Source: Ranitomeya imitator
Lineage: Eukaryota
Direction of reading: 5' to 3'
NCBI RefSeq assembly: GCF_032444005.1
Contig: NC_091285.1
Location: forward strand, 12,958,001 to 13,022,000
Length of the DNA: 64,000 nt
Under the pieces are notes generated by a model. The model made no database searches and had not been told where the DNA came from. It worked only from the letters and a program-made list of their open reading frames with translations. Made by a program: the position numbers and the translations under genes. Numbering within the stretch: the first letter of the stretch is position 1; each line of letters opens with the position of its first letter. Shown one piece after another: positions 34,485 through 49,145 of this stretch.

Positions 34485-35382
34485 GGCCATGTTCACACCA
34501 TCCTTTTTTCCCTGCTGTTTTTCTGCACTAAAAACCGCAGCTCTTGGCAGAAAACGCAGGTGTGTTTTTTGGTGCTTTTTGATGCGGTTTTTAGTGCAGT
34601 TTCAGTGTGTTTTCTAGGAGGTTTTTTTAGGGTTAAAATGGCTGAAAATACCCTAACCCTACCCCCTAACCCTAGTTCTAACTGTAGTGGGGAAAAAAAA
34701 AAAAATTCTTTATTTTATTATTGTGAAAACCTATGGGGGTGATAAAGGGGGGGGCATTTACCTTTTTTTTATTTTGATCACTGTGAGGTTATCACAGTGA
34801 TCAAAATGTGCCTGGAACGAATCTGCCGGCCGGCAGATTCGGCGGGCGCACTGCGCATGCGCCCGCCATTTTGGAAGATGGCGGCGCCCAGGGAGAAGAC
34901 GGCCGGACGGACACCGGGAGTCCCGGTAAGTATAAGGGGGGGAGATTAGGGCACGGGGGGCATCGGAGCACGGGGGGTGGGGCATCGGAGCATGGGGGGG
35001 GTGGGATCGGGGCAGCCACACTCCACCCACGCACTTCCGCCCGCTTCCCCGCACTTCCTGCTGCAGCGGTTCGGCACCACAAACCGCAATAAAACCCGCA
35101 GATATATTTTTGATCTGCGGGTTTTACTGCGGGTTTGACCTCACAATGGAGGTCAATGGGTGCAGAACCGCTGCGGCTCCGTAAAAAGAAGTGACATGGT
35201 ACTTCTTTTTTCCCGCAGCTATTCAGCGCGGCTTTTTTTCTGAATTTCAGGATCGTGTGCACAGTGGTTCCTGTTTTCCATAGGGTACATTGTACTGTAC
35301 CCTGCATGGAAAACAGCTGCGGAACCGCAGCGGCAAAAACGCTGTGGTTCCGCAGAAAAAAACGCACTGTGTGAACATGGCC
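34485..35382. mobile_element. PIF/Harbinger-like MITE with captured internal module
   Basis: TTA|GGCCATGTTCACAC ... GTGTGAACATGGCC|TTA; contains CCCTAA-like repeats at ~34650-34680. Confidence 0.8.
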
Positions 35383-38300
35383 TTAATGTGACCGCCACTA
35401 TCTGTCTGCACAAAGATGGCGGCGGTCTGATTTGCTGCGCCTGCATGAATTCCGCACAGGTGCAGTGAATAATTCAGCTGATCCCGGCGGCAGATGCACG
35501 ACGTGTCTACAGGCAGAGGAAGCCGATCACATTAAAGGGGTTTTCCCACGAACAAAAGTTCATTTTAAAAATTGTCTGTGTCTGACCGTGTACAAGAGCA
35601 CATGGGGTACACAGGTCAAAGAAGAGATGACATGAGAGGAGAAGACAGCAGATGGGGGAGAGAGAAAGCGCACAAGGGGAGACAGCTGAAACGAGACAGC
35701 ACATGAGGGGAGAACACAGCACGGGAAGGAGAGAGACAGCAGACACGGGGGATAGCACATGGGGTAGACAGGTCAAAGCAGAGAGCACAGACGGGAGAAG
35801 TCAGCACATGGGGAAAGAGAGTGGATAGGTGGGTGAGGACATGGAGGAGAGAGATTCTCAATGCTGCAAAGCCAGCCCCCATCGTGACATTACCGCCCTC
35901 CTGATGCGATAGCACCCGGCCTCCATTTAGTTTATTATTATCATCTTAACGCCACTGTACATATAAAAACAACGTGTCTGCATTCCACATGTCTGCCACT
36001 AGGTGAAGAAACAATGAAGTACAGCTGTATCTAGAGATCCAGGCTAGAAAGTTAGAGGACAGCATCTGATGCCGCAGAGTCACCAGAGGATATTGAGGAG
36101 ACAATCACAGAAAATGTATAAATTTTCCGATTCTTCATTCCTTCCTGCGTCACTGATACCGTCCGTATTGTTCCTTATGTGTAAGGGAAATAAAGAATCG
36201 CTAAGTGGCAGTCTATTAAGTAGATCCATTATATTTCTAGTCATACAAATTTGCAAATGAGTTTCATTTTTATTTTATAATTTAATGCTTTATTTTCCTG
36301 TAATTCCATATCTCAACACGCCTGATCGCCTGTTATATACTTGAGACTGTATCTTCAATTATAAGAGATATGAGGAAGCAAAAGAAGATGGACGAGGCTG
36401 AACATGGGCCCTGGTGCTGAACGGCACCTTCTAACACAGCAAGACATACTATCTATGGTAAATGGAGGGTCCTCTAACAGCTTTATAAGAGGAGCAGAAG
36501 ATATTAGTCACATATGGTTCCAGAACTGGAGAACTCTGATCAAATGGGTCAGGGAGGTCTCTTCACTTCCCGTCACTCATCCCATTGAGCACTACATTCA
36601 GTCTATCCCCAATCTGCCAGGGCTGATAACAGAGAACAATACATAGCAGGTGCAGCGTCCCTTCAAACAATCTTAATAGCTATCAAAATCCTGAAATCAT
36701 TTCCAGGTGACAAGTGAAATAATCTTATATATAATGGTGGATGCGTCCTTATGTCTGAAGCTGCCTATGCAGTGTGGTGCCAGAGTCAGAATGTGCCATA
36801 CCGCACTTCAGCGCCATTTTATTCATGTTCTTCTGTCGGTGAAATGGTGGCGGATATCGCGGGATAAACACATATTGACTCCGGCACCATTTTAATAAAA
36901 AGTGGTGCCACAACGTCAACATAGTAATGAGCATGTATCGGCCATCGCCATAATCCCTATGACTGGCACATGCACACTGTTATGTTGACGTTGTAGTTCA
37001 TTACTTCAAAAAATGGCACCGGAGTCAGCACGTGCGCATGCCGCAATCTCCGGCGACATTGTATTGAAGACACTGTAAATATACCAATAAAAATGCTCGC
37101 AACCCAAGCGTAGAATGGCTTCAATAGCTAGCAGATAATACTGACACATAGTGCACAGAGAAGCGACGTCAAACACTCAGCCTGCCGATGTGACCATTTC
37201 CTGGTTTATTAAATAATAAGCTGATATTTTCATGTTACTGATGTGGGACAGAAGAACTTAGTGACCTAAATACCCAATTACTAATATACCTTGAAGCTCA
37301 CGACCTGCAGGATGTCGCACCATGCGGAGGATCCTCATTATAAAGGTCTAGTTAAATGGCAGTATTACTTACTTTATAATGATATGTACAGTGCAATCTG
37401 CAGATCATATTAGCATTTGTTTGTACATTACACTTTGATTAATGATAGTTGCACAGAAGCCATAGCTCCCAACCGTCCCGTAAATCGATAGAAAATGTTT
37501 ATGGTTTGTTTCCTAGCACAGTGGAAAGTAAGAGTTAATTAGAGTTAGATAGCTAGGTTATGCTGAAAAATTATCTATTCATCTTTTCTGAAAGTTGATT
37601 ATACTAAATTTTACAGCCAAAAAGCCTTGTGGGTTCAGAAAATAAAAAATGTAATTCTTGCATTCTACTAATGAGCCACACGGGGGCAGAAGACTACAGA
37701 ATACATTATCTAGACACAAGAAATTGATGAATGAGAAAAAACACTCTCTACTGCCATCATGTGGCATTTTCTCTTGGCCATCATTTTCTCTACAGCGAGA
37801 AAGAGTTGGATTCTAGTTCCACTTATTGGAAGTAGCAATCCTAAAAGTCACTATTGACCCGGGGGTTTGTTCAGCTCACACTGGTGACACCATCAGGAAA
37901 CACCTTCAACCTCCTATCGCAGTTGAGGCCAGTATACCAGTTGTTCCAACGACTGAAAGGTCTTCTCCACACCGAGGGGGGCAACCCCCCAAAATGGGCT
38001 TCTTTAGCCAGTTCTATATCCACCGCTTCTGGAACTACTACATGTCAAGTAAAATTGAACTCACAAGGAAGTTGAATCCTTCGACACACAAGGTAATTTG
38101 TCAGGAAGATCCTTTCCCACTGGCCCAAGATCTGTAGGGTACTTGGGGGTGAAGCGGTCCTAGCCTTCTGATTTGGCATTTGCCCGCAGGTGAATCCATT
38201 CTTCCCTGGAACGACCCAGGATCTAGATGGGTCTAGACTCTTCTCTGGACTCCTGGGCTGTTACTACAAGCTCTTCATCTAGGTCTTTCTACAGTCCGGC

Positions 38301-39639
38301 CTCCAGTCTGTGTAGGCTCTCGTCAGTGTACATTACGAAGGGTTGCAAGAAGTCAGCATAGACAAAAACTGGTGCATTGGTCAATGTCATCTTTAACTCC
38401 TGAAACTCCTGTTGTGGGCACCACCGAATTGGTTGACGCTTGGCTTCTCCAGCCGACCTCCTTAACAGTTCATTGAGTGGTACCGCAGTCTTGTTGAAGT
38501 CTTTTATGAACCTGCGGTAGTACCAGGCTAGCCCTAGGAATTCTCTCAATTCCCTCAGGTTGACCGGCGTGGGCCACTTTTGCACTGCAGCCACCTTCCG
38601 CACTAGACAGTGTGTCCCCGGTACTCCATTTCCCACTTAAATAGGTGACACTTCCGGGGCTTAACTTTTAATTCATGCCTTTGAAGCTGCTCCAATACTT
38701 GCTCCAGCTGGTTAAGGTGATCTTCAAACATGGTGGAATAAATGATTATATCATCTACAGGTCCTTCTCAAAAAATTAGCATATAGTGTTAAATTTCATT
38801 ATTTACCATAATGTAATTATTACAATTAAACTTTCATATATTATAGATTCATTATCCACCAACTGAAATTTGTCAGGTCTTTTATTGTTTTAATACTGAT
38901 GATTTTTGCATACAACTCCTGATAACCCAAAAAACCTGTCTCAATAAATTAGCATATTTCACCCATCCAATCAAATAAAAGTGTTTTTTAACCCCTTAAG
39001 CCCCGAGGGTGGTTTGCACGTTAATGACCGGGCCAATTTTTACAATTCTGACCACTGTCCCTTTATGAGGTTATAACTCTGGAGCGCTTCAACGGATCTT
39101 GGCGATTCTGACATTGTTTTCTCGTGACATATTGTACTTCATTTTAGTAGTAACATTTATTCGATATAACTTGCGTTTATTTGTGAAAAAAACGGAAATT
39201 TGGCGAAAATTTTGAAAATTTTGCAATTTTCCAACTTTAAATTTTTATGCCCTTAAATCACAGAGATATGTCACGCAAAATACTTAATAAGTAACATTTC
39301 CCACATGTCTACTTTACATCAGCACAATTTTGGAACCAAAATTTTTTTTTGTTAGGGAGTTATAAGGGTTAAAAGTTGACCAGCAATCTCCCATTTTTAC
39401 AACACCATTTTTTTTTTAGGGACCACATCTCATTTGATGTCATTTTGAGGGGTCTATATGATAGAAAATACCCAAGTGTGACAACATTCTAAAAACTGCA
39501 CCCCTCAAGGTGCTCAAAACCACATTCAAGAAGTTTATTAACTCTTCAGGGGTTTCACAGGAATTTTTGAAATGTTTAAATAAAAATTAACATTTAACTT
39601 TTTTTCACACAAAATTTATTTCAGCTCCAATTTGTTTTA

Positions 39640-41800
39640 TTTTACCAAGGGTAACAGGATAAAATGGATGCCAAACATTGTTGTACAATCTGTACTGAGT
39701 ACGCTGATACCCCATATGTGGGGGTAAACCACTGTTTGGGCGCATGGCAGAGCTCGGAAGGAAAGGAGCGCCGTTTGACTTTTAAATGCAAAATTGACAG
39801 GAATTGAGATGGGACACCATGTTGCGTTTGGAGAGCCACTGATGTGCCTAAACATTGAAACCCCCCACAAGTGACACCATTTTGGAAAGTAGACACCCTA
39901 AGGAACTTATCTAGATGTGTGGTGACCACTTTGACCCACCAATTGCTTCACAGAAGTTTATAATGCAGAGCCGTAAAAATAAAAAATCATATTTTTTCAC
40001 AAAAATGATCTTTTCGCCCCCAATTTTTTATTTTCCCAAGAGTAAGAGAAGAAATTGGACCTCAAAAATTGTTGGCCAATTTGTCCTGAGTACGCTGATA
40101 CCCCATATGTGGGGGTAAACCACTGTTTGGGCGCATGGCAGAGCTCGGAAGGAAAGGAGCGCCATTTGACTTTTCAATGCAAAATTGACTGGAATTGAGA
40201 TGGGACGCCATGTTGCGTTTGGAGAGCCCCTGATGTGCCTAAACATTGGAACCCCTCACAAGTGACACCATTTTGAAAAGTAGACCCCTTAAGGAACTTA
40301 TCTAGATGTGTGGTGAGCACTTTGACCCAACAAGTGCTTCACAGAAGTTTATAATGCAGAGCCGTAAAAATAAAAAATCTTATTTTTTCACAAAAATGAT
40401 CTTTTCGCCCCCAATTTTTTATTTTCCCAAGGGTAAGAGAAGGAATTAGACCACAAAAGTTGTTGTGCAATTTGTCCTGAGTGCGACGATACCCCATGTG
40501 TTGGGGTAAACCACTTTTTGGGTGCATAGCAGAGCTCGGAAGGGAAGGAGCGCCATTTGACTTTTCAATGCAAAATTGACTGGAATTAAGATGGGATGCC
40601 ATGTTGGTTTGGAGAGCCCCTGATGTGCCTAAACATTAAAACCCCCCACAAGTGACACCATTTTGGAAACTAGACCCTCTAAGGAACTTATCTAGATGTG
40701 TTTTGAGAGCTTTGAACCCCCAAGTGTTTCACTACAGTTTATAACGCAGAGCCGTTAAAATAAAAAAAATTTTTTCGCAAAAATTATTTTTTAGCCCCCA
40801 GTTTTGTATTTTCACAAGGGTAACATAATAAATTGGACGCCAAAAGTTGTTGTCCAATTTGTCCTGAGTACGCTGATACCCCATATGTGGGGGGGAACCA
40901 CTGTTTGGGCGCATGGCAGAGCTCGGAAGGGAAGGAGCGCCATTTGGAATGTAGACTTAGATGGATTGGTCTGCAGGAGTCACGTTGCATTTGCAGAGCC
41001 CCTGATGTACCCAAACAGTACAAACCCCCCACAAGTGACCCCATATTAGAAACTAGACCTCCCAAGGAACTTATCTAGATGTGTTGTGAGAACTTTGAAC
41101 CCCTAAGTGTTTCACTACAGTTTATAACGCAGAGCCGTGAAAATAAAAATTCTTTTTTTTTTTCACAAAAATGATTTTTTAGCCCCCAGCTTTGTATTTT
41201 TACAAGGGTAACAGAATAAATTGGACCCCAAAAGTTGTTGTTCAATTTGTCCTGAGTACGCTGATACCCCATATGTGGGGGGGAACCACTGTTTGGGCTC
41301 ATGGCAGAGCTCGGAAGGGAAGGAGCGCCATTTGGAATGCAGACTTAGATGGATTGGTCTGCAGGCGTCACGTTGCATTTGCAGAGCCCCTGATGTACCC
41401 AAACAGTAGAAACCACCCACAAGTGACCCCATATTGGAAACTAGACCTCCCATGGAACTTCTCTAGATGTGTTGTGAAAACTTTGAACCCCCAAGTGTTT
41501 CACTACAGTTTACAACGCAGAGCCGTGAAAATAAAAAATCCTTTTTTTTCCCCACAAAAATGATTTTTAGCCCCCCAAATTTTTATTTTCCCAAGGATAA
41601 CAAGAGAACTTGGACCCAAAAAGTTGTTGTCCAATTTGTCTCGAGTACGATGATACCCCATATGTTGGGGTAAACCCCTGTTTGGGTGCACGGGAGAGCT
41701 CGGAAGTGAAGGAGCACTGTTTTACTTTTTCAATGCAGAATTGGCTGGAATTGAGATCGGACGCCATGTCGCGTTTGGAGAGCCCCTGATGTGTCTAAAC
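39640..41800. repeat. Six tandem ~387-391-bp repeats inside the TTAA element
   Basis: Anchors GAGT(A/G)C at 39697, 40088, 40479, 40866, 41254, 41643. Confidence 0.9.
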
Positions 41801-41826
41801 AGTGGAAACCCCCCAATTATAAATGA

Positions 41827-41972
41827 AACCCTAATCCAAACGCACCCCTAACCCTAATCCCAACTGTAACCCTAACCACACACCTAACCCTGACACACCC
41901 CTAATTCTAATCCCAACCCTAATCCCAACCGTAAATGTAATCCAAACCCTAACCCTAGCCCTAACCCTAATG
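41827..41972. repeat. Degenerate telomere-like (CCCTAA)n tract
   Basis: ccctaaccctaat...ccctaaccctagccctaaccctaa. Confidence 0.7.
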
Positions 41973-42021
41973 GGAAAATGGAAATAAATACATTTTTTTT
42001 AATTTTATTATTTTTCCCTAA

Positions 42022-42377
42022 GGCTAGGTTCACATTGCGTTAGGGAAATCCGTTTAGCACTAGCGGATTGCGCTAACGCAATGTCTTTTTAGGTGTCGTG
42101 TTTAGTGGTCGCGTTAACGTCCCCGCTCTGGAAGATCGGGGATCGGACCTCGGGCGCACCGCGGACGCTGCAAGCAGCGTCTGAGGCGCGCCACAAAAGA
42201 ATGGCACCTTGCTAGCGCGAGCCGAAAATGGCACGCTCTAGCGATGCGCTACACCCGAAAATCACATTGCTGTCAATGGTTGTGCTAACGGACCCGTTGC
42301 ACGGCGTTAATTGTGACATTTTCGCCGTGCAACGCTGTCCGTTAGCGTTAACCCATTAACGCAATGTGAACCTAGCC
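42022..42377. mobile_element. PIF/Harbinger-like MITE nested in the TTAA element
   Basis: TAA|GGCTAGGTTCACATTGCG ... CGCAATGTGAACCTAGCC|TAA. Confidence 0.9.
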
Positions 42378-45300
42378 TAACTAAGGGGGTGATGAAGGGG
42401 GGATTGTTTTACTTTTATAGCGAGTTTTTTATATCGGATTTTTATGATTGGCAGCCGTCACACACTAAAAGACGCTTTTTATAGCAAAAAAGTTTTTGCG
42501 TCTCCACATTTTGAGACCTATAATTTTTCCATATTTTGGTCCACAGAGTCATGTGAGGTCTTGTTTTTTGCGGGACGAGTTGACGTTTTTATCGGTTACA
42601 TTTTCGGACATGTGACAGTTTTTGATCGCTTTTTATGCCGATTTTTTGTGAGGCAGAATGACCAAAAACCAGCTATTCATGAATTTCTTTTGGGGGAGGC
42701 GTTTATACCGTTCCGCGTTTGGTAAAATTGATGAAGCAGTTTTATTCTTCGGGTCAGTACGATTACAGCGATACCTCATTTATATCATTTTTTTTATGTT
42801 TTGGCGCTTTTATACGATAAAAGCTATTTTATAGAAAAAATAATTATTTTGGCATCGCTTTATTCTGAGGACTATAACTTTTTTATTTTTTTGGTTATGA
42901 TGCTATATGGCGGCTCGTTTTTTGCGGGACAAGATGACGTTTTCAGAGGTATCATGGTTATTTATATCCGTCTTTTTGATCGCGTGTTATTCCACTTTTT
43001 GTTCAGCGTTATGAGAATAAAGCGTTGTTTTTTGGCTCGTTTTTTTTTTTTTTCTTACGGTGTTCACTGAAAGGGTTAACTAGTGGGCCAGTTTTATAGG
43101 TCGGGTCGTTACGGACGCGGCAATACTAAATATGTGTACTTTTATTGTTTTTTTGGGTTTTTTTATGTAAAGAAATGTATTTATGGGAATAATATTTTTT
43201 TTTTTTCTGCTTTATTTAGGAATTTTTTTTTTTATTTTTTTTTACAAGTGTGGAAATTTTTTTTTTTACTTTTTCACTTTGTCCCAGGGGGGGACATCAC
43301 AGATCACCGATCTGACAGTGTGCACAGCACTCTGTTAGATCGGTGATCTGACATACAGCCGGGCAGGATTAGAGCTGCAGCTGCAGCCTGATCCTGACCC
43401 GGAAGTGCTCCCTGCAGGACCCGGATGCAGCCCGGTGGCCATTTTGGATCCGGGGACTGCAGGGAGAAGACGCTCGGTACACGGTGAGCACATCACCGTG
43501 TACCGATCGTCTCAGGGAAGCCCGCAGGGAGCCCCCTCCCTGCGCGATGCTTCCCTGCACCGCCGGCACACCGCGATCATCTTTGATCGCGGTGTGCCGG
43601 GGGTTAATGTGCCGGGAGGGGTCCGTGACCGCTCTTGGCACATAGTGCCGGATGTCAGCTGCGATAGGCAGCTGACACCCGGCCGCGATTGGCCGCGCTC
43701 CCCCCGTGAGCGCGGCCGATCGCATATGACGTACTATCCCGTCCCTGGGAATTAAGTCCCAGGTCACCTGGACGGGATAGTACGTCATATGGGATTAAGG
43801 GGTTAATAACAAACAAAAAAACCATCAAATAATAATGTTCAGTTATGCACTCAATACTTGGTCGGGAATCCTTTGGCAGAAATGACTGCTTCAATGCAGC
43901 GTGGCATGGAGGCAATCAGCCTGTGACACTGCTGAGAGGTTATGGAGGCCCAGGATGCTTCAATAGCGGCCTTAAGCTCAACCAGAGTGTTGGGTCTTGC
44001 GTCTCTCAACTTTCTCTTCACAATATCCCACAGATTCTCTATGGGGTTCAGGTCAGGAGAGTTGGCAGGCCAATTGAGCACAGTAATACCATGGTCAGTA
44101 AACCATTTACCAGTGGTTTTGGCACTGTGAGCAGGTGCCAGGTCGTGCTGAAAAAATGAAATCTTCATCACCATAAAGCATTGACCCTGCCCTTGATGAA
44201 ACACAGTGGACCAACACCAGCAGCTGACATGGCACCCCACACCATCACTGACTGTGGGTACTTGACACTGGACTTCAGGCATTTTGGCATTTCCTTCTCC
44301 CCAGTCTTCCTCCAGACTCTGGCACCTTGATTTCCGAATGACATGCAAAATTTGCTTTCATCAGAAAAAAGTACTTGGGACCACTTAGCAACAGTCCAGT
44401 GCTGCTTCTCTGTAGCCCAGGTCAGGCGCCTCTGCCGCTGTTTATGGTTCAAAAGTGGCTTTACCTGGGGAATGCGGCACCTGTAGCCCATTTCCTGCAC
44501 ACGCCTGTGCACGGTGGCTCTGGATGTTTCCACACCAGACTCAGTCCACTGCTTCCTCAGGTTCCCCAAGGTCTGGAATCGGTCCTTCTCCACAATCTTC
44601 CTCAGGGTCCGGTCTCCTCTTCTCGTTGTACAGCGTTTTCTGCCACATTGTTTCCTTCCAACAGATTTACCATTGAGGTGCCTTGATACAGCACTCTGGG
44701 AACAGCCTATTTGTTGAGAAATTTCTTTCTGGGTCTTACCCTCTTGCTTGAGGGTGTCAATGATGGCCTTCTTGACATCTGTCAGGTCGCTAGTCTTACC
44801 CATGATGGGGGTTTTGAGTAATGAACCCGGCAGGGAGTTTATATAAGCCTCAGGTATCTTTTGCATGTGTTTAGAGTTAATTAGTTGATTCAGAAGATTA
44901 GGGTAATAGGTCGTTTAGAGAACCTTTTCTTGATATGCTAATTTATTGAGACAGGTTTTTTGGGTTATCAGGAGTTGTATGCCAAAATCATCAGTATTAA
45001 AACAATAAAAGACCTGACAAATTTCAGTTGGTGGATAATGAATCTATAATATATGAAAGTTTAATTGTAATCATTACATTATGGTAAATAATGAAATTTA
45101 ACACTATATGCTAATTTTTTGAGAAGGACCTGTAGATATATCAAAGTGGCTCCGAAATTCACATCTACCAAGCATCTTTCAGTCAAATGCTGGAACATTC
45201 CTGGTGTGTGCGTCAGGCCGAAAAGGCATACGGATGAACTTAAACAGAGCCATGTGGAGAACAAAAGCTGTCTCCGTGCAATCCTTTGCAGCCATCTGAA

Positions 45301-46932
45301 CTTGCCAGTAGCCACAGGCCTAGTCGAGGGAGGAGAAATATTTAGCTTTTCCCAATGCGGATACAAAAGCCTTGATTTGGGGCAAGGGATAGAAGTCCCC
45401 TACAGTGCATGCGTTCAACATTTGGTAGTCTACACAACCTCAGGATGCCATCCTTTTTACAATCTAACATGATGGGGGCCACCCAGGGACTCTGGCTCTC
45501 CTGAATCACACAATTGTGTAGCATATAGTTTAGCAGTTCTTTCACCTGTCACATCTGAGGTGGAATCTGCCGATACCTCTCTCGATTGGGAGCCATAGTC
45601 CCTGTGGGGATCTCATGCTGAATAGCCTTGGTGCACCCAAAGTCATCTTCATGCAGTGCAAACACTCCCTGATATCTATGCAATAACTGATCTGTCCACC
45701 TTGCCTCGAGGAGAATTCCATGAGGTGGTCTCCATCTGTTCAAAGAGGTGATTCACTTCTGCCTTCATGACTATCCAACAACACAACCAAGGTCCACAGA
45801 TCTCCCACAGGTGTCAGTCCTTTAGCGTCAGCTCTGCTGAGATCTTCCGGCATTATGCAAACTCAGACACTTTGTCAGAGTATCAACTGTAAACTTGCTC
45901 CACTCAAACTTCTACAACGCACGGCAAACCAACAATCTTAACATCATTTCTTTCCATCTGTCTGTTCAATCTGTACGTCCACACCCTCCAAAGACACATG
46001 GGCCAGTACCGGCATAGTGAGTACAGTCTGTTCCACTGGCAATGTCACGGTAGCTTCAAGCGTTAACACTTTGCCAAGACACTTGGAAGCAGCCGGTAAC
46101 TTCTGGATTTGTCTAACTTGCACGAGTTGATGAAACACTTTCTTACTGGCCGGATCACAAGTTTTTACCTGGGACCTCAGACAAGAACCGTCTCACTTTT
46201 AGCACATTCATGTTCAGGATTCCACACATCCGGACAAACATCCACACGACTTCCACTACTGGGATAGGTAGTTTGGGGGGGTAGCGGGAAAATGACAGGA
46301 AAAAGTGCGGGGGAAATTCAAAATCCTCAACAGTTCTGTGCTTTGCCCACATGTGAGGAGAAGCCACAGCTCCTGCTGCTGGGGGAGGGGCTGGTGATCG
46401 CCATGTGCTCTGCTCTATGGGAGCTAGCTGGAAAAATCAAGCACTAAAGGGTTAAAACTGAGTGTAGACGGGGAAGTGATCCTGTGCTGCGTGAAGGAGG
46501 AGCCATACTGAGTGCTGATTGGTTTCTCTGCTCTTTGTTCTCTTCCTGTAACACATGGTGTCATGGCGGCAGCTCCACTCAGAGTAGATCTGGTATATTT
46601 TGTCACTATGTGACTTACACCGTTTGGATGTGTAGAACACTATTTTGGGGATGAACAGCATCACATGGCATTATACTGCTCTATATGGGATTAACACATT
46701 AAATGGAATACCGGAAGCTATACAGCACACATTTTTTCCTGCCTTCCCTCCTACCATAAAAAAAATTACGTGCGCTATGCCAGGCCATTAATAGCAGGCA
46801 GCCCTATACCCACTGCCTGGTGCAGCTATATCCCTCATACACCACAGTGCTATACAGAGAATCAGCCATGTAACGTATTTACAGATCACACCAGAGATCA
46901 GTGGCGTCAGCTCTTGTATTGACGGTGTGGGT

Positions 46933-46948
46933 GGCTCTTAGAAGAGCC
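46933..46948 (-). terminator. Histone 3' stem-loop of H2A copy 1 (HDE AAGAGCTG further downstream)
   Basis: Minus strand caaa-GGCTCT-TCTA-AGAGCC-accc. Confidence 0.92.
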
Positions 46949-46983
46949 TTTGTGTTGTGTGGATGATACGGGGTCAGTGTCGC

Positions 46984-47660
<677 letters not shown>

Positions 47661-47698
47661 TCTGGGAGGAGCAGGATCATTATTTTCTTTTCCAGTGA

Positions 47699-48100
<402 letters not shown>

Positions 48101-48131
48101 TCTGCTCCGTGCTCTGCACCCACAACCCAAA

Positions 48132-48147
48132 GGCTCTTCTAAGAGCC
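48132..48147 (+). terminator. Histone 3' stem-loop of H2B copy 1
   Basis: GGCTCTTCTAAGAGCC, then acccacccc...cagagctg (HDE). Confidence 0.92.
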
Positions 48148-48430
48148 ACCCACCCCGTCTACATCAGAGCTGTGGCTGCTTGTCTGTGTTTTGCTGCACT
48201 GACCGGCATTATAAAAGATGACCTGCAAAATATTGCAGAAAATATAATAACCACCAGCACATTGGCTTTCTATGTGAAGGTAAGTGCTATTCTAGATGTT
48301 GGTCATGGGGCTTATGTGATATATCTGGACTGTGCAAAGGCATCCGATACTGAATCACACAACAGCCTTGTACAGACACTCCAGAAGCCGGGACTAGGGA
48401 CACTATGCAGATGGGCGGCTAACTGATTAA

Positions 48431-49025
48431 CCCCTTAACCAGAGGTATATGGTTTTGCATTTTCATTTTTTGCTCCCCTTCTTCCTAGAGCCATAACTTT
48501 TTTCTTTTTTGGTCAAAATGGCCATGTGAGGGCTTGTTTTTTGTGGGACAATATGTATTTTTGAACAACTCCATTGGTTTTACCATGTTGTGTACTCGAC
48601 TAGAAAAAAATTTCAAGTGCAGTGAAATTGCAAACGAAGTGCAATCCCACACTTTTTTGGGTGTTTTTTTTTTATCACATGGGTGGTGCTCATTGGAATC
48701 CGGCAGTGACGACCATAGAGGTGTCCAGGACACCCCTGGTTATCATGCCAACCTATCTGTGATCTGCGATAACGTGACGGGGGTCACCGATGGGTGGATT
48801 TTTGGCCCGATGGCTGAAAAGTGAGCATTAAATGCCACTGTCAAGAGTTTGATGGTGCCATTTAATGGGTTACTAGCCAAGGGTGGATCGCGATTCCACC
48901 CACGGCTGTTCTGGGCACAAGTCAGCTGACATATGCCAGGATAGATGTGGGCTCACCGCTGGAGCCCACATCAAAGGGAGGGAGTTCGACATCGGCGTAA
49001 ATGTACGCCTAATGTCGGAAAGGGG
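48431..49025. mobile_element. Short TTAA-CCC...GGG-TTAA non-autonomous element
   Basis: TTAA TSD at 48427-30 and 49026-29. Confidence 0.75.
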
Positions 49026-49145
49026 TTAAGGGATAAGAATCTGTTGTAAATGGTGCAGTCTCTAAATTAAATATGGTCAGGAGTGGGAACCACTAGGATC
49101 TGTACTGGGAGTAGTAATGGACCCATTAAAACAATTTCTGTTTAA

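Larger units (their letters stand above)
38992..43802. mobile_element. 4.8-kb TTAA-CCC...GGG-TTAA (piggyBac-like) non-autonomous element
   Basis: TTAA TSD (38988-91, 43803-06), confirmed by the empty site in Tc1 copy 1; termini CCCCTTAA / TTAAGGGG; no transposase ORF. Confidence 0.88.
38758..45132 (-). mobile_element. Tc1 transposon copy 2 (own sequence 38758-38991 + 43807-45132), defective
   Basis: TA TSD; nearly identical to 10907-12466, including the internal deletion; transposase 44803->43851. Confidence 0.95.
38289..46140 (-). pseudogene. Ty3/Gypsy pol remnant (45135-46140 and 38289-38755) split by Tc1 copy 2
   Basis: SPWVAPIMLDCKKDGILRLC; PGMFQHL...LIY|LDDIIIY; WPTPVNLRELREFLGLAWYYRRFIKDF; RNase H start YTDESL; multiple stops and frameshifts. 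Confidence 0.85.

Noticed and set aside
39850-39875. CTGATG...GAAAC in the ~390-bp repeat units as a possible hammerhead/retrozyme
   Set aside because: The core reads CTGATGT (no A9) and no stem II can form between the motifs.
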